NCBI GenBank assembly: GCA_012295275.1
Contig: CM022679.1
Location: forward strand, 23,870,001 to 23,934,000
Length of the DNA: 64,000 bases
From: Chrysomallon squamiferum
Taxonomy: Eukaryota; Animalia; Mollusca
Reading direction: 5' to 3'
Made by a program: the position numbers and the translations under genes. Within the stretch, counting starts at the first letter, position 1, and each line of letters starts with the position of its first letter. The notes beneath the pieces were generated by a model that was not told the origin of the DNA, searched no databases, and saw only the letters and a program-made list of their open reading frames with translations. Shown in pieces: positions 40,668 through 54,035 of the stretch.

Positions 40668-41341
40668 CAGTGGTATCTTGACTTATGAGTTTAATTTGTT
40701 CCGTGACCAAGCTCGTAACTCAATCTGCTCATATATCAAATCAATTTTCCCAAATCAAATTAACTGAAATACCATTAATCCATTCCAGCCCATCCCAATT
40801 TTTTGTAACATGTTTTTAAATAAGAAAAATATATGTAAAAATATATATAAAAACAAAATAAAAGAGAATGTAAAGAACTAAACTGGATTTATAAAGTGTA
40901 CAGGGTTAGGGTTTCTTCATCTTTTCATGGACAGAGGTCTTTTAATGCCTTTGGCTGGAGTTATAGCCTTTATTGACTCCTTCTGCTTCAGTATGGTACA
41001 TATCGTACTGCTTAGCCATGTTGACTACATGCACACCTTCCTCATGTTTTTCTATGATTCATGCTTTATTTCAATGGACATCATCCACTTCTTCTTCTCA
41101 TTACTGTCCTTTGCACTCACTTTCTTAGGATCCATGCAAATTTGGCAAAATACGCGAGCAGAACACAATAGAGATGCTTCCACAGCGAGGTAAATGAGTG
41201 AGATGCGGAATGCTGGGTGGATGTTGTGTTGCTCATTGCAGCAACTAGTGTCTGCATATCTGAAGCTCAAAATTGATCGGGTGGCTGCTTGTAACTCGGA
41301 AAACTTGTAAGTTGGAGCACTTGTCACTCAATGTATCACTG
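40668..41341 (-). mobile_element. Second non-autonomous Tigger/pogo deletion derivative, between the TECPR1 and ZCCHC7 3' ends
   Basis: TA-CAGTGGTATCTTGACTTATGAG...CTCAATGTATCACTG-TA (TIRs plus TA TSD). The minus strand encodes a frameshifted CENP-B/psq-type HTH: [41 protein letters not shown]...[23 protein letters not shown]. Confidence 0.88.
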
Positions 41342-42438
41342 TATTTACATTTTAAGTTTGATCTTAAGAACCAAAACAATTAATTTAAATAAAATATAAA
41401 AAATGTTCCCTTAAAATCCAAACACAATCCATTCCAAAAAAAATTTCATCTTGCAGTTTGTCTGACTTTTGTCTAAATTTACAAAAGTTAAAATATTTAT
41501 TTAATTAATCTGTTCCACACTTCAAAACTTACACTTAATTTTAAATACAAAGACGGAAAGATGTACTTACTGCTTGGATGGTTGGTCCATAAAAATGGCA
41601 AATAAGTGGCCTTCTCTTGTGGATTCTCGTTTCATCTTTATTCCACAGTCTACAGTGGTAGATCACTGACACTAGCGCTATTACCACCATGTGATCTTTC
41701 TTCACAGAGGTATCTGTCCAGTGTAACCCAGAATCTGAGAGGTGCTCACAGAGCTAAACATTCATTTTCAGAGAAATCAGGTGACCACCATATTCTTTAC
41801 ATTTGTTTGGACTGTGTTCACATGAGTTCACTTTTGAATTTTTGATTAACGATTCAAACCAAATTTTTCTCAAATTCTTTTGTTCAAGAATCAAATATTG
41901 AACCATTTGAAACTTTTGAGGGTCCATTTTTATTCGATTTCTGATGATAAAACAGTCTCTTGTAATACAGAATATTATTCAAGTTACTCAAATTTTTTTA
42001 TTATTATTGCCACTTTCATGCTGTTTAAAAAACAAGCAACACTAATCAGAAAGTAAAATAATTTATTGAGATAACTTTTAATTTTTTTCCTGTACTTATT
42101 AATAAATATTTCCACTGGGTGGTAAATCATTTATTTAACAATAATTCTGCTAATTATTTTAATAAATAAAAAAGAATGTTATTGCACACATAATTATTAC
42201 CTCCCTGCTTTTCTTTTTTTAAAAGAAATTTTCAAATGGCTTATAGCAATACATATAACTATTATTACTTTGTTAAAACTATTTTAATTTTTTTCTTCTT
42301 TACCATTTTAAAATTACTTTTTTTTAAAGGATTGGCTAAGTGTTCAATTAATAATAAATAAATCTGCCAAATCCATTAGTGGATTAATGCATCAAGATTT
42401 TATTATGCATTTTTCAAATTGCTGGTAAACTACTGAAA

Positions 42439-43685
42439 CTATGACATCAATCTATTCATTGTTTCTCTAGATGCAACAAAACCTCTCTGAGATATTACTG
42501 GTTTCACTTCACTGTTTTTCATTTTGACAACTGGAATATTACTTTTTGTGTGCTTCTTGTAATCTGTCTTTGGAGGCTGAATGATACCGCCATTTATTTT
42601 AGATTCCTTATTTCTTCTTTTTTTCTTTCCTGGTTTTATGTTCATTTCTTTTTTTCTCTTTAAGTCTCTCTCTGAAAAGACAAAATGAATTAAAAGGCAA
42701 AATAAAATATAATAACTTAGTTATTTAAGTGATTCTTTCTCTCTCTCTCTGTTTATATATATATATATATATATATATTTAGAGAGAGATAGGGAGACTG
42801 AGATTCAAGACAGCACATTTATCATTTTATTTTAGTCAATAAACATTAAATGTTTTTTTTTAAATATCTTACTTTTATTTCCAGTTCAAAACTGTTTTAT
42901 AAAATAAAAAAAATATCCCTAATGCAAAATAAAAATATTAAAAGGTATTTCCTGAATACTACAGTTATTAATTTTACATATTTCTAACCATATTAACATT
43001 AACCAGAATGTGAAATATTAATAAATCTCATATTCACATCCATGCCTTAGTCACAGAATTTAAATTTCAGATTTCAAACCTTTCTTTTCTTTGAGTTCTT
43101 TGTATTTCTCAGTCTTCTGAAATGTATTTTTCTTCACTGCCTCTGCACCAACCTTTTTTGTTTTTCTTCTCTTTTTATTTTTCCTGTTCTTATTCTCCCT
43201 AACAGTCACACTATTTAGACCATCAGTTGCTTTTTTCTGTGATGTTTCATCTTTCTTAAACATTTTACTGAAATTTTCAATTCCTTTTGAAAAGTGGATT
43301 TTGTCAGTTTTTAACTTTTTCCTAGGTGAGCTGTTTTCGATGTCTTTTTCATTAACTTTTCTTTTGTTTATGAAGGCTGGTAAGTCAGACACTGATGATG
43401 ACCTTAGAAAATCATTTCTTGAGTTTTTCTTGTTCTGTTCTTTATTCACTGGAGAAATAATTTTGTTCCTAAATTCTGTAAATAGATTAAAATATATTTT
43501 ATTATAAAACATAAAATAAAATAAAATTAAAGTGCATAAATCAGAAATAAATTTAAAAAATCACTACTGGTAAAGGCAGATATTTATGGAAAATTCTGTC
43601 ACAATGACGAATGTTTGCATAAATGAAATACAAAAAAAAAAAAAAAAAGATTAATAATGTGATAATTCTTTGCCAAAAAAAAAAC

Positions 43686-43716
<31 letters not shown>

Positions 43717-46700
43717 AAAAAAAGCTAAATAAAAAAAACCTCAAAATAGAAATGGTATCAGATTAAAATGAAGGATGTCATCAAATTTTATCATCTGTCA
43801 AAGACTTTATTTTTATTTACTGACTTTCATCTAAAACAGTAAGTGAATAAATATTCTAAATAATTACAAATCATACAATTGTTTTAAAAAATTCTCCTTT
43901 TCTTCTTCTATTTTTTAATTTTTTTATTCTTTTTCAGCTCACCTTTATGCTCTCCATATTTCATTGTCTTCTGTCCTGTATTTTCCTCCTTGGTCGGCTC
44001 ACTTTTCTTTTTCTTTTTTCTCTTTTTGGATATATTACTGTTCTCATCAAAATCACCAATAACAGTATTCAAACAATTTCTCTTTTCATTATTCTTAAAC
44101 ATTTTATTGAAATTTTCAATTCCTTCAGAATAATGATTTTGGACAGTTTTAAATTTTTTCAATGGATGACAATTTTTAGTACTTTTTGGATCGAGTTTTC
44201 TTTTGTTTATGAAAACTGGCAAATCAGATGTTGATGAAGATCTTGGGAAATCATTGCTGGTTGATTTGTAGTCCACTTTGTTTTTTGGTGAAAAGTTATT
44301 TTTATTTCTAAATTCTGTAAAAAAAAAAAGAAGAAAACCAACAACAATTTAATTAAAAGGAAGAAATGTAATAAATTACAAAAGAAAAAAAATATTTAAA
44401 AATTAAAACAAAACAAAAACTGACTTCTGGTTTTACACCATAATAAAGCTTACCATAATAAAAGTAGTTACATTTATGAATTAATTAAAAAAAATAATAA
44501 TTGTAAATTCTATATTGCATTAGTATAAAAACCAAAACATAAAATTGATTATTTCAATAAACATGCATACCTCTACTTTCTCATTCACTCATATTGACAT
44601 TTGCTTAATTAAGATGTACATATCTACTTATTCACACACACATACAGGTATGCACCACACATTCAATTAAATCACAAGCATACACAAACATTATATTCAC
44701 ATACACCTTCAAAGACAGAAGTAAATGCATACAGACACATGCACAGGTGAATACACAGACTGACACGCACACACAAATGCTCATTACCTTTTTTGTTGTC
44801 ACTTTTACTGAATTCTCCATAGTGAGCAACGAAAGGATAGGATGGAGTGGAATATTTATCCTGTCTTTCTAAATTACATTCCTTTAACAAAAACACAGAA
44901 TATTAAAAGTTATGTTATTCATGTCACCAGATTCAACCAATATCTAACAGAATATGTATATAAAAAAAAAAAAAAAAACACAACAAGATTCCCCACCAGA
45001 ATATTAAAAATATATTCAACATGTCATTTGAAAACTTTATAATCCATCACATTCAACCGTTACCTTGCTTTTTTGACATGAATAAAACAGTATGGTTATT
45101 AAATTCAATATATAGTCACTGAATAACTTCCAATTAGCTGATCTCACTTTAACTCTTCAAGATTTCTTTTTTAACATTATATATAGGAGTGCATGTATAT
45201 ATACATAATATTAATATATATATATATGTAAACACACACACACACATTATTTCTTTTATTGTTTTTAATTAGAATTGCCTAATTTGAATTTTCAAAATTC
45301 AGTCTACAGATATAAGTATCTGATTATTAAAATTATATTACTTACATATCCATAATGGTTTGGACGGGCACAGTTATAACAGAAAACTCTTGGATTTGGT
45401 TTCACCTTTTTGTCAGGCACTTTCAAGTCACCAGTTGTCTGTGTAATTGTAAAACAGAAATACCGGTTATATGATATTCAAAAGTTATTTTAGTATTTAT
45501 TATTTTTGATTTTTTTGTATACTGAATTGTATACTAATTATTTTTAAAAAAGAAGAAAAAAAGAGAGAAGAAAAACAACAAACTGATCTTATAATAATCC
45601 TGTTAGCTTAATAAAATATTTCCCTAAGATGAAATAGCATTAGAAGGATATGTAGTTTTTCATATTTTTTGTTTAATGCCAAAAATACATTGTTATTAAA
45701 AATAAAAATAGTTATTATATTTATACATCAAGTGTATGTAAGAAAATATTAAGCTGAAATTAAAGTGATATAATCTTACTGTTATATGATATTGTCTCCA
45801 AATATCAGAACAAGTCTGAAAAAAAATAAAAATAAAAATAAATAAACAATTAACAAAACTCCTTGAAACAAAAAAAAAAAAGAAAGAAAATCTCAAAATT
45901 AATTTAACATTCACCATTGCTGTTTTGTATTATGTACAAATATCTAAATATATTTCATTCACTTCTGATTTGTTTTATCTTGACTAATAGTTAAATTCAA
46001 TGTGTGCATAACACACATATAATAATACCAATAATAATAATAATAATAATAATACTAATAATAAGCCCCAGAACAAAAACACAGAATGTCATGCATACAA
46101 TAGCTAAAAAAACTCTTAACAACTGAGTAATCCTTTGCTTAGTTTTTGCGACAAAGAATTTATAAAACACTCAAGTTAAAAAAATTAAAATTAAAAAAGG
46201 ATTAAATTAATTTTCAAGTTTTCTAACTTACATCAAAATGATGACCTTTCATTCCACATCTGCTGCAGTGATCATGCCATCGACGTTGCTGACGTGTGCA
46301 GTTTTGGGCACTGTGGCCAGGTATGTTGCAGTTGTGACATAAAGCATTTGGACATTTCCAATGATAATGGCCTCCACGTCCACACAGAATACATCTTACA
46401 GTCTTTTAATGGAGAAAACAAATAAATAATAAATTTTTCATCTCCATATAATATAATTCTGCAATGTAATATATATGACTGTGTAATGGTGTATTTATCT
46501 CACTGATGTAATTTAACTATGTGAATCCAATACCTTTTTCTTTGGACAGTTTTTTGACAAGTGGCCCACAATATTACATCTCTGACATCTGACTGCCAAA
46601 GGTTGATAATATCGTCCATTCAGCGTCTTTCTACCAAAACGATCTTTGTCACATATGTTCCACAAGTCTGTGTCTGCAAACAAAACACAAAATCCATTTA

Positions 46701-48459
46701 TTACAAATCTGAAGTTAATCTTTGTTTTGTTTTTAATACTTGACCGAAACAGTCAGATGTTTTTACCTATCAGTATTATATTCTATGAATTTCTAGTGAA
46801 TATTATAAAATATGTAGTAATTTTAGTATAATTATATTGTTATTTATAGCCAGAGGAAATCTGTTATTGTTATTTTTCTGTTATCAACAAGAACATTCTT
46901 AAACAGTGTCATAGCTGTTAATGTTCCCACTGATGAGAACGAAAAAGATTTTGCAGTGAGCTATTTGCAGTTTTAGGAAGTTTTAAACATTTTCTTTCTT
47001 TGTACAAAACAAATTGAACAGCTAAAATATTTATAAGTAGTTTAAAAATGTAAATATTTAAGTTACTGATATCTAAAGAAATTATTTATACCTAACAGTA
47101 ATGTGTACATATTAATATTATCTATCTTTTTTTTTTTTTTTTTTTTTAAATATTTGAGGAAACTTGCTTGGTAAGTGTTATTTCATAGCAACATCAAGGA
47201 TGAGAAAAGTAAATTACTATAATTATTATGACAACAACAACAGTAATAACAACAACAATAATAATAATAATAAACAATAAATTAATAATAATAATAATAA
47301 TGATAATAATTAAAAAAAAGAATAGTAATAATAAAGATGATCATGATAATGATAATAAATTATAATAATAATTACTACAACACTATTAACAAAAACAGTA
47401 ATGAAATATAATATTTAAAAATACTATACCTGATTTTTTATTATAATCAGAAATATCTTCAATAAAATGAGTCTGACTTGTTTTCACATTAAATTTGATG
47501 TCAGTATCGAGGTTACCAAGAAATTCACTGTAACTGCAGGTTGAAGTTGAGTCACTCAGTTCAGAACTGGAGAGGGTTGATGAGGTTGAGGTTGAGTCAC
47601 TGTCAATCACAACATGTGATGAATTTTTATCACTTTTCTCGTCACTCAATGAATCTGAGTCAGATCCATGAATATAGTTGAAATCAGAAGAGGTAGATTC
47701 ACGAATACTGTTTCCAATAAATTTCTCTTTTGGATTCATTGTGTTGATATTTGGTTTCACATTCTTGTTTACATCAACATCATCATCATTATCAGAAGAA
47801 TCACTTGAAAGAATAATACAGTCATTTTCTTTGGACAAAGATGCATCTTTCTCTGATTTGGTAAATGTTATTGTTTTTGTTGTGCTACATTTTACAGAAG
47901 AACAGTCTTTATCTTTACTGTTGTAAACAACCTCTACTTGGTCTGAATCAGAGTCTGCAAAGTCTGCAAACAACATGCTCCTAATATCTGGATCAGATTT
48001 AGATATTTTTGACTGCTTGCTTTTAAAATCTTTTCCTCTCTCTGATACTCTGAATACTGAATGATCAAGAAAAACATCAGCACTTGCATTCATGGACTGC
48101 TGTTTATCAAACACAACATGCGCACCATTTTTCACGTTGTTGTAGTTTATGCTGTCTGAAATGCCAGCATGTTTTAGATCTGTGAAACTACTAGATACTG
48201 AATGAACTTCAGTAACACCATCTGTATTTGGGGATAAACAGGAAATGTTTGTGTTCTTTTGTTTTGGCTGTGTATCTTCTGATACCAGAGAGGCATCAGT
48301 TTTGTTACAAGCCTCGTGATAAACCTGACTGTACAATCTATCAACTTCATCATTGTCGATGTCAGAATTGTCTACTGTGTCAACGTCAGCATTGTCAATC
48401 TCAGCATAATACAGAGAGTATATTTTGTCATCATTCTTCTCATCCTCTTCTCTGAACAT
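42439..48459 (-). CDS. ZCCHC7: Zinc finger CCHC protein 7 (TRAMP Air1/2 homolog), 9 coding exons, up to ~854 aa
   Basis: Exons 47430-48459, 46534-46673, 46232-46402, 45780-45815, 45346-45438, 44788-44881, 43943-44314, 43080-43475, 42439-42671; 2565 nt in frame. Acidic N-terminus with LYSQVYH, five CX2CX4HX4C knuckles, the Air-family IWRQYH motif and a Lys-rich tail. Probable non-coding first exon near 50279-50400. Confidence 0.88.
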
Positions 48460-48770
48460 CTTTTTGCTCTGAGTCCTGAACTGGTTCAGATCAGGTTATT
48501 ATGTCTGAAAACAGTAATAACGTCAGTAATAAATAATATACACTCTCTCTCCATACATATATACCACCAAATGACAAATTTATTTAATGTATATCTATCT
48601 ATCTGTGTGTGTACAATATTACACAAATATATTATGTTTTATCAGTACAAAACTATTATTATTATTATTATTATTATTATTCTTAGCTAGAATGCAACAC
48701 AGTTTCACCCTCAGTATTCATATGTGCTATTCTTTACTGCTGTTAAATGGTTAGTGAATGTCATATAGAC

Positions 48771-49711
48771 CAGGCATATCTAACAATTTTCTTTTTTTCG
48801 TAGCAGGAGGAGCATTTGCCATTTTAAAAGCAAAACCACAGCCCTATACAAGCAAAACTGCAAACAAAAAAATCTACAGCACAGGATGTTTTCTCTTTGT
48901 AATATAATTTTTTTTAAGTTTTTGCTTTTAAAATAGAAAATGCTCCTCTTCCTGTAAGAAAAAAGAAAACAAATTAAACGAACAAGGGCAAGTGTTCATC
49001 TTTTGAACATCAGTTTGCCTTATTCTCAGCACCATTCACCTTTGAAGTTGTCAAGGCAAAAGAAAGCCTACAGGTGGAACTATTAGAAACGCAGTCGGAT
49101 TCTACACTCAGAGTAAAGTATCTTGAAGTAGGGATACCTGGTCTCTTTTTCATATCTTCCTGAGACGTTTAAAAATTCAGAAAGTTTGCCACAAACATTA
49201 TAGCAATGTTTGGTTCTACTGATACATGTTAACAGTTATTTTCCTTAATGAAATCAACAACAACTTCTCAGAGAACACGGCTGACTGATCAACACTTGTC
49301 ATCTCTGATCAAAGTCAGAACTGCACAGACATTTCAAACAGACATACCAAAAATTGTCAACAAGAACAGGTGTCAAACCAAAACCAATAAAACATGATTC
49401 AATAGTAGCAAATAAATTTTGAACTGTTGTAATTTTTGTACAATGTATTTATTGATGTTGCAAACTGCAAGTATATGCTGCTGTTTAAAATTACAAAAAA
49501 ATGTTGTCATACTTCTTCCTTACTTTGTATTCATGAATGCTGCTAAACTGCTAAAACATTTGTATGCACATCTATATTATAAGCATAGTGCAGATGCAAT
49601 AAATATAAATTGATTAAATATGCTTTTTGTTTCTAAGGTCTGTTGGTGCTGACCCAAACATACTAAGATTTTCTTATGCAGCCTGCATAAAACTTGAGTT
49701 TGACTCCCCTG
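48771..49711 (+). mobile_element. hAT (Charlie/Buster-type) transposon relic in the probable ZCCHC7 first (5' UTR) intron
   Basis: Right TIR GAGTTTGACTCCCCTG (ends 49711) and degenerate left TIR CAGGCATATC. The 8-bp flanks ATATAGAC/TTGTTGAC match at 5/8. A decayed transposase C-terminus lies at ~48996-49390 (FALFSAPFTFEV...LQVELLETQSD.../AMFGSTDTC*QLFSLMK...RTRLTDQHLSSLIKV...NRCQ), the hAT dimerization domain of GTF2IRD2/SPIN-like proteins. Confidence 0.8.
48781..48976. repeat. ~55-bp inverted repeat pair (MITE-like) nested in the hAT relic
   Basis: TTTTCTTTTTTTCGTAGCAGGAGGAGCATTTGCCATTTTAAAAGCAAAA versus the reverse complement of TTTTGCTTTTAAAATAGAAAATGCTCCTCTTCCTGTAAGAAAAAAGAAAA. Confidence 0.7.
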
Positions 49712-50599
49712 TTGTTGACAATCTATATGTGGTTTATAATTATTATTATGGTATGTGTATTATATATGGTTGAACTTATCAGGCATTATACTTTATAGTT
49801 TTAATTTATATTATTAATAGTATTTATCTTCTGATTACTGTAAGACAGTTTTGTATTCATTGCAGTCATACAATCATAATGACAGTATGTACAATATTTT
49901 ACATTACTGCGATAACGAATGATACCGTGATAGTGTAGCTACAGGTATTAATTACCAAACAATATGAATATCTAAGTATTGTATATTTAGAAATTTCAAG
50001 TCTTGGATCATTAACAAGTCACTGACTCACTTTCATAGTCAGAGTGATCTAGTCGCCATAGTTACGTGAACTGCCGTAAAATCCTGAGTACTCGGAGTAG
50101 GCTAAGCCTAATCATAATGATAATCAAGTTAAACTTAATCATTTAATGTAGCAATAAAAATAATTTTTAGTAACAAGAAATTTTGTAACTGACTTAGAAT
50201 ATACAACTTGTACATTTGCCGAGTAGGTTTCATTTATTCATCAAGAAATTAAACAAAAGTTATTAGAAAATAACTTACAAATTAACCAAAATCTGGATGA
50301 ATATTAAAGATAAAATTACATCTCAAACACGTGTTGAAATACATAGCCATATCACATTTAGGAAGGGACGCAACTCTTTATACAGGAAGTACATTTCTAA
50401 TATTAGATTGCATTTTCGCCACGAAGTCATTGCTAATCCTGAGGAACTTCCGGATAGGGCAAAAACCAAAACTGGAAAAAAGAAAGAAATTTGAATTTAT
50501 ATGTTGTTAAAATTTAATGAAGGTGCATGAGAAACAATTTTATTTATCGATAATTTAAAAAAACCCACAGATCTATTTAATAACCGAAATAAAATCGAA

Positions 50600-52680
50600 C
50601 TTGTCTTAAGTTCACGGTCGAAGGGAAACAACTCTATTTCATATTAACGCATTTATAATAGAAAGACTGAGTATATTACCAGAATTAAACAAATAAATCA
50701 CATAACAGCACTATGTTTAATCTTAAACTATATGCTTTAATCCTATTAAGTGAAAATTATTTATTAAATTATATCATCTAACCAATAAGTATGAATTACA
50801 TCACTATCGTTATAATCTGACGGTCTAAGGGAAATAACACAATTTAATGTTAATGTATATTGAGACTGAATCCTTTTAAAATTATATATAATTAAAAAAG
50901 AATTATTTAATCTTAAGAATTTTATGGCAATTGATTTTATTTTTTCTTAAATTAACTGGAAATATATACTTTTTTAAATTGACATATAGACATAAAATAC
51001 AACGATTTCACGGAACAGTAAACAGACCAACTAACTCATCAAAATTCATGGTCTAAGGGAAATAACTCCATTTTATTAATGACAAAAATGGTAAAAAATA
51101 TATAAAACATTGATACGAGTACTTGAAACATATTAATTTCAAAACTTGGAAATTTATATGTTGATTTTTCATATTTTTCTTAAATTCATTGAAAATATAT
51201 ATTTTTTAATTGAAAATTTTTATTTATACCAATTCTTGAAACATATTAATTTCAAAACTAGGAACTTTTGATATTGATTTTTCATTTTATTCTTAAATTA
51301 ACAAAATAATTTTATTTAAATTGAAAGATTTTAGTTACAGACATAAAATACAACGATTTCACCCACTAATAATCGGGCCAACTAACTCATCGTAACTTCA
51401 TGGTCTAAGGGAAATAACTCTATTTTATTAATGACAAAAATTGTATCTTTAGTAAAATTATATATAACATTAATACAAGTACTTGAAACATATTAATTTC
51501 AAGACAAGGAACTTTGGATATTAATTTTTCATTTTATTCTTAAATTAATTGAAAATAATATTATTTAAATTGAAAGATTTTAGTTATATACATAAAATAC
51601 AATGATTTCACACAACAGAAAACGGGCCAGCTAACACATCGTAAATTCATGGTCTAAGGGAAATAACTCTATTTTATTAATGACAAAAATTTAGTCTTTA
51701 GTAAAATATATAAAACATTTGTACGAGTACTTGAAACATATTAATTTCAAGACTAAGAACTTTAAATGTTGATTTTGTATTTTTTTCTTAACTGTTACAG
51801 ACATAAAATACAATGATTTCACCCAAAAGTAAACGGGCGAACTCATAGTAAATTCACAGTATAAGGGAAATAACTCTTAAATATTACAACAAAATTGGAT
51901 ATCTGAAGTAAAATATATATAATATTTTATACCAGTAATTTGAAATTTATTACTTTGTAATTGGACACTGATTTTTTATTTTGTTCATTCTTTTCTTAAA
52001 TTAACTGAAAATATTTTTATTAAGCTGAAATGTTTTAGTTACAGACATAAAATACAACAATTTCACTTAACAGTAAACGGGCGAACACATTGTAAATTCA
52101 CGGGATAATTAATATTACCTACTATAAATTAATCTTTTTAATTCTTGTATTTAACAAATTTTATTAAAGGCTCAGTCTTTTTAGTCTTTTAAAACAGAGT
52201 TATTTCCCTTAGACTGTCAATAGAAAATAAAATTTACATAATTTATTGTTAAGCGAAATCGTTGTGTTTTGGGTATAACAAAAATTATTCAGTTTAATAA
52301 GGATAAAATGAATAATCAATATCCAGATTTCCTAGTCTTAAAATTAATTTGTTTTAACTACTGGTATAAATATTATATACATGTATTATATACATGTATT
52401 ATATACATGTATTTTACTTGAGATCCAGGATTTTGTTATAATAAAATAGAGTTATATCCCTTAGACAGTGAATTTACGATGAGTTCGCCCATTTACTGGT
52501 GGGTGAAACGTTGTGTTTTATGTCTGTAACTAAAATGAAAAATCAGTATCCAAAATTCCTCGTCTTATGTTTCAAGTATTGATATAAATACTGTATACAT
52601 TTCTCTTGAGATGCAATTTTTGTCATAATAAAATAGAGTTATTTCCCTTAGACCGTGAATTGACGATGATTTCGCCCATG
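50600..52680. repeat. Foldback satellite-like array: ~6-7 direct monomers (~200-350 bp) followed by 3 inverted monomers
   Basis: Conserved core TTCAYGGTCTAAGGGAAATAACTC at ~50611, 50821, 51049, 51401, 51651, 51858 and a partial copy at ~52100. Reverse-complement core GAGTTATTTCCCTTAGAC at ~52197, 52449 and 52636. Shared flanking blocks ACAGACATAAAATACAAYGATTTCAC and CTTGAAACATATTAATTTCAA. Confidence 0.85.
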
Positions 52681-54002
52681 TCTGTGTGCTGCCAACTATT
52701 TTTTTATTTTTTTAATTGTCTTATGTTATTTCTATATTTTCTCATGTATGGAAGTTCAAGAGAAAATATGTAAGAATACAACACAACATACATATTGTAA
52801 TTATATATATATATAAGTATGTATGGATTTGTGAGTGACCTTCTGAGAACTATGTTAAAAGTTGTTAAAATAAAAACAGACACGTGACATTTCTTTTTAT
52901 TATGTTAAGAAACAATACTTTTTATTATGAGTATTAACCTGAATTTACAAACTCCTTTGTAACAGCATTACAAAACAAGTTTTAATTTTCCTATGTTTCA
53001 CACGATTAAAATCAACAATCAAACCATGTTAAAATCTGAATTTTAATTAACCAGTGTTTATAAGCATGTGATTGATTTTTTTTCTTTTTATTTCAGACAT
53101 TTGAAAATCAATGTAAGCTGTTGTGGTAATGAATAACAGCTGGTATTTCACACAATGAAATTAAAATATGTCTGAAAAGCCAGTTATAATAATAATAATA
53201 ATAATAATAAAAAACATTAACATTAATAAAAATTGAAAACAGAAATATGGATTATGGTAGTAATAATAAAAACAGTAACAATAATAATAGCAATAATAAG
53301 ATAGAAATTTACATCATTTATAATTAATAAATTTATTTTTTTCTTTTACCACAGTAAATCACAACAGAAGAAAATTTGGTCTCAAATTACCGGGAAAAGT
53401 TAAATATCATATTAATAATGTTAAGTTTAGATCTGCAAATATCACCAAAAATAACTGATGGAAGAATGTTTCTTCGGTATTGTTTAAATCTGTAACAGCT
53501 CATAACTGTTTTTATGAAAACATTCTGACATTTAAGTTATTAGGATGAAGAGAAAATGAAAAATAACATTTAAACATGTTTGATTTAGAATTTAAATGCA
53601 ACAATTTAATTGCTGTAACAAAAAATTACTTGCATTGTAATTAGACAGATATTATCCATTTTGATTTTCACCCTATGATCTAAAATAAGTAATTTCTAAA
53701 TTGATCATATAAAACAAAATTAAAATATTTTTGCTTCAGCTAGAATCAGTTGATTCATCCTGTTATTCTCATGCTGTAAAAAAATGGAAACTATTAAACT
53801 ATAATTTAATTTATTTTGAAGTTGCTTAACATTGTACATTTGGGTTAATTAATAAATTCATGTTATACTAAAATCTCTAAACTGTAACAAACTAATGTAA
53901 TAATCACTTAAATGAATTACTGAATGTTTAACTTTTTTACATGGATAAATTTTCCATTTAAAATTATACTGAAAATAATTCCATTAAAAAAACATGATAT
54001 TT

Positions 54003-54035
<33 letters not shown>

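Noticed and set aside
11827-50073. Identical 11-mer TACGTGAACTG in the first introns of MLST8 and ZCCHC7
   Set aside because: Many shared 11-mers are expected by chance in 64 kb.
50600-52680. Regularly spaced conserved 19-24-mer resembling a CRISPR array
   Set aside because: The spacers are 200-350 bp and homologous to each other, the orientation flips, there are no cas genes and the context is eukaryotic.
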